From NCBI RefSeq assembly GCF_937936315.1, contig NZ_CALGWU010000023.1, positions 53,857 through 117,856 of the forward strand: DNA of 64,000 nt, in the 5' to 3' direction. Within the stretch, counting starts at the first letter, position 1; each line of letters opens with the position of its first letter. Of the stretch, positions 60,621-64,000 are shown one piece after another. The stretch is from an uncultured Capnocytophaga sp. (GTDB taxonomy: Bacteria > Bacteroidota > Bacteroidia > Flavobacteriales > Flavobacteriaceae). Under the pieces are notes generated by a model. It saw only the letters and a list, made by a program, of their open reading frames with translations. It ran no database searches and was not told where the DNA came from. Made by a program: the position numbers and the translations under genes.

Positions 60621-61415
60621 TTATTCTTTTAGCATAAATTCGTATTCTAATCGGTTGAAATTAGTAATCATATAAGGAGCTTTATTCCATTCATTTTCAG
60701 GTTTGTTATCGTTGTAATTCTCGTGTACTGTATAGATATTTTTACCATTAAATCTCTTTCGACCTACTCCTGCAAAATAATAAGCATCACCGCTCCAACT
60801 ACCCTTAATTTTAGGAAAATAAAGCACTAAAGTACGTCGTTTTGTAGGACAATGGTAAATTACGTGTTTATCTGTAGCTTCTATAAGTTCATAAACATCA
60901 CTGAATTGATACTTTTCCATACATCCCCATTGCTCTTCGTAGAAAGGAAGTGAATCGGGGAATACAATAGGTTTTTCGTTTGTTAGACGAAAACTCACTT
61001 CGGTAGTATAACAATCGGGGGCTCCACAATCGAAAGTGTGAAGATTGAAAGGCAAATGTACTTTGATACTGTCCTTAGTAGTCTTAGCGAATCCTTGTAA
61101 GTAAAACTCTTCTAAATAGGTATTTTTTAGAATACTGTATTTCATTTGTTGCAAAACTAATTTTCGTACAGCTCTTTGATAACTCTCGTAGTCCTCACCA
61201 TATTTTTCTTGCAAGATTTTTAATAAGCTATCATTTTTTGAGACTTTAATTTTAGGTTCAGTGGTATTAGCTTTTGCGACAACAGTGCTATCAATAGACA
61301 TAACTATAGCAGTGTTACTTTGAGTAGTAGTCCCCTTCTGTATGCTAATAGTTTTTTCCTATTGACAATTTGTCAATAATATTACAAAAACGAAAAAAAG
61401 AATTGTATGTTTCAT
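60621..61415 (-). pseudogene. Lipoprotein gene with an in-frame TAG (61359-61361) between its signal peptide and mature domain
   Basis: ATG at 61415 encodes MKHTILFFVFVILLTNCQ (lipobox LTNC). Codon 19 is TAG. The frame continues EKTISIQKG...MSIDSTVV into the 226-aa ORF 60621-61301. Confidence 0.5.
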
Positions 61416-61706
61416 TTGGCAAAGATAAGAAATAATTGAAAATTAACAATTGAGTTCATTATATTATTTTTATATAAGAGCTTTTATATCAGTGTCTTTT
61501 GTATAGATAGATGATGGTTTCTTTGAGATTTTTCTTTTTGTGAAGCAAGACACTAGTATATATAACTATCACTAAAATCGAAAATTAAAATACTTTTCTT
61601 TTGTTTACTTTTAAAAAAGTATTACATTTGCCCAATATTTTTTATTCAAACAAAATAAACCACTCTATATTAATTTTTTTTAAAACTATTAAAAGAGGAT
61701 AAACCG

Positions 61707-64000
61707 ATGAAAAAAGAAGATATTCTAGAAGACTATGGCATCGCTGTTCTCAGTAGAGAATGCAGCTTGATGGGAAGAAAAGAAGTGCTTACAGGTAAAG
61801 CTAAATTTGGTATTTTTGGGGAAGGAAAAGAGGTGCCTCAGGTAGCTTTAGCAAGAGCTTTTCAAGATGGTGATTTCAGGAGCGGTTATTATCGCGATCA
61901 AACACTAATGATGGCTCTTGGCGTACATACTGTAGAGAATTTCTTTGCAGGGATATATGCACACGCTGACATAGAGGCAGACCCTACCAGTGCTGGACGC
62001 CAAATGGGGGGGCACTTTGCTACCCATAGTTTAGATGATGAAGGACATTGGAAAGATTTATTAAAACAAAAGAATAGCAGTAGTGATATATCGTGTACTG
62101 CTGGTCAAATGCCTCGATTGTTAGGTTTAGCACAAGCTTCTAAAGTGTATCGCGACTTACCTAATGCAGAAAGTAAAGGTTTCTCAAATCACGGTAATGA
62201 AGTAGCTTGGGGAACTATTGGTAATGCGAGTACTAGCGAAGGACACTTTTTTGAAATCCTTAATGCGGCGGGGGTAATGCAAGTACCCTTAGTAATGTCG
62301 GTTTGGGATGATGAGTATGGCATTTCAGTTCCTAAAGAATTTCACACTATTAAACAAAGTATTTCAGAAGCTTTAAAAGGTTTTGTGCGTGATAAAAAAC
62401 ACAAAGGGTTTGAACTATTTGTTGCTAATGGTTGGGATTATCCTACTTTGTATGACATTTACCAAAAGGCAGCCAAAATAGCCCGTGAGGAACATATACC
62501 CGTATTAGTACACGTGAAAGAACTTACTCAACCTCAAGGACACTCAACTTCAGGCTCACACGAGCGTTACAAAAGTGCTGAACGACTTCAGTGGGAAAAA
62601 GAATTTGACTGTATTACCAAAATGCGCGAATGGATTTTAGCTGAAAAATATGCTACTCAAGAAGAATTGGTAGCTATAGAACAACAAGCTAAGAAACGTG
62701 TGAATGAAGGTAAAAAAAGAGCTTGGGAAGCTTATATTAAACCTATTGAAAAAGAAAGAAAAGAACTTGTAGCTCTTCTCTCCTCATTGTTAACCAATAC
62801 GAACGATAATACTATAAAAGAAAGAGTAAAGAGTTTATCAAAATCTCTTTTGGAAGTAGCTTTACCTAATCGCAAAGATGTGTTGAGTAGTGCGAGAAAA
62901 GCCTTGAGATTGTTATTACCAGAGGGTGAAAATAAAATACTTCCTTTACAAGAATGGATAAAGAACTACATAAAGGAAAATGAGCCTAAATATAGTCGAT
63001 TTCTCCACACAGAGAATGAGCAAAATCCTATTCATATAGCAGAGGTACTTCCTACTTATGACGCATCAGAAGAACTTGTAGATGGGCGTATTGTATTGAG
63101 AGAGAATTTTGATGCTTTACTTACTAAATATCCTAATCTTTTGATATTTGGGGAGGATGTAGGTAATATAGGTGATGTAAACCAAGGATTAGAAGGTTTG
63201 CAAAAGAAATACGGAGCTGTAAGAGTAGCTGATACAAGTATTCGTGAAACAGCTATAGTGGGACAAGGTATAGGTATGGCAATGCGAGGTTTACGCCCAA
63301 TTGCTGAAATTCAGTATTTAGACTATATTCTTTATGGATTACAAACGCTAAGTGATGATTTAGCCAGTTTGCACTATCGCACTTTTGGTAAGCAAATGGC
63401 ACCTCTTATTATCAGAACGAGAGGACATCGTTTGCAAGGTATTTGGCATGCGGGTTCACCTATGGGGGTATTGTTGGCTTCTTTAAGAGGAATGTATATT
63501 CTCACCCCACGTAATATGGTGAAAGCAGCGGGCTTCTACAATACACTCTTGGAGGGTAATCAACCAGCTGTAGTGGTGGAATGCCTCAATGGTTATCGCT
63601 TGAAAGAAGCGTTGCCTAGTAATCTCACTGAGTTTAAGACTCCTATAGGAGTAGTAGAAACACTTCGTGAAGGAAAAGATATTACTGTAGTATCTTACGG
63701 GTCTACTTTGCGTATTGTGTGTGAGGTTGCTGATGAATTGGCTGCCTTGGGTATTGATATTGAAATTATTGATGTACAATCATTAGCACCATTTGATGTG
63801 CGTCACGATATAGTGAAGAGCATACAGAAAACCAACAGACTATTAGTAGTTGATGAAGATATGCCTGGAGCTACTTCGGCATATATTTTGCAGAAAATTT
63901 TGGAAGAACAAAATGCTTATCAGTATTTAGATAGTGCACCACAAACCTTGGCGGCAGGTAATCACCGTCCTGCTTATGCAACTGATGGTGATTATTTCTC
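61707..64000 (+). CDS. Fused E1 alpha/beta 2-oxoacid dehydrogenase component, TPP-dependent (3' end lies outside the window)
   Basis: ATG at 61707. Frame 3 appeared open to the window end on hand translation, and the gene is absent from the ORF track because no stop falls inside the window. The alpha part has TPP-binding-like motifs. The beta part (MPGATSAYIL...) has a transketolase-like pyrimidine-binding and C-terminal domain. Confidence 0.7.
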   Translation, partial: MKKEDILEDYGIAVLSRECSLMGRKEVLTGKAKFGIFGEGKEVPQVALARAFQDGDFRSGYYRDQTLMMALGVHTVENFFAGIYAHADIEADPTSAGRQMGGHFATHSLDDEGHWKDLLKQKNSSSDISCTAGQMPRLLGLAQASKVYRDLPNAESKGFSNHGNEVAWGTIGNASTSEGHFFEILNAAGVMQVPLVMSVWDDEYGISVPKEFHTIKQSISEALKGFVRDKKHKGFELFVANGWDYPTLYDIYQKAAKIAREEHIPVLVHVKELTQPQGHSTSGSHERYKSAERLQWEKEFDCITKMREWILAEKYATQEELVAIEQQAKKRVNEGKKRAWEAYIKPIEKERKELVALLSSLLTNTNDNTIKERVKSLSKSLLEVALPNRKDVLSSARKALRLLLPEGENKILPLQEWIKNYIKENEPKYSRFLHTENEQNPIHIAEVLPTYDASEELVDGRIVLRENFDALLTKYPNLLIFGEDVGNIGDVNQGLEGLQKKYGAVRVADTSIRETAIVGQGIGMAMRGLRPIAEIQYLDYILYGLQTLSDDLASLHYRTFGKQMAPLIIRTRGHRLQGIWHAGSPMGVLLASLRGMYILTPRNMVKAAGFYNTLLEGNQPAVVVECLNGYRLKEALPSNLTEFKTPIGVVETLREGKDITVVSYGSTLRIVCEVADELAALGIDIEIIDVQSLAPFDVRHDIVKSIQKTNRLLVVDEDMPGATSAYILQKILEEQNAYQYLDSAPQTLAAGNHRPAYATDGDYF

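Noticed and set aside
63483-63779. The 98-aa minus-strand ORF near the window end.
   Set aside because: It lies antisense within the open fused E1 alpha/beta frame.

Overview
The window is a low-GC (about 35%) chromosomal segment that looks like Bacteroidota, most likely a Flavobacteriia-type organism. The call rests on TAnnTTTG -7 promoter boxes, often with a TTTG about 20 nt upstream, the near absence of Shine-Dalgarno sequences, a Rho with a large N-terminal insertion, and many OmpA-like/TonB-associated genes. The content is mostly housekeeping. A partial alaS sits at the left end and a partial fused E1 alpha/beta 2-oxoacid dehydrogenase at the right end. In between are hemN, mscL, pyrD, cysS, murB, lpd, rho, bshA, rpsF-rpsR-rplI, gpmA, an arginine decarboxylase, truA, mfd, nifU, rnhA, ettA, queA, mgtE, folC and exbB-exbD-tonB. 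There are eight tRNA genes: a Ser/Pro/Arg cluster, Ser(TGA), Pro(GGG), and a perfect triple tandem of tRNA-Val(TAC) with a 117-bp period. There is also one full-length but internally decayed IS4-family element. The most interesting parts are listed below.
- A translationally coupled seven-gene accessory operon runs straight on from bshA (25309-29794). It has two cytoplasmic leucine-rich-repeat (LRR) proteins, a DUF1697 protein, a SAM methyltransferase, two unknowns and a lipoprotein.
- An unrecognisable 917-aa bitopic membrane protein lies downstream of the ribosomal-protein genes, followed by a YqiJ/NfeD-like protein and an AsmA-family protein.
- An uncharacterised two-gene cassette sits next to tRNA-Ser(TGA).
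- Three genes are broken exactly at their signal peptides or at homopolymer tracts. pldA is split at a T5 run. An outer-membrane barrel has its signal peptide one A short of frame in an A7 tract. A lipoprotein has an amber codon between signal peptide and mature domain.
No CRISPR array or recognisable defence system was found.
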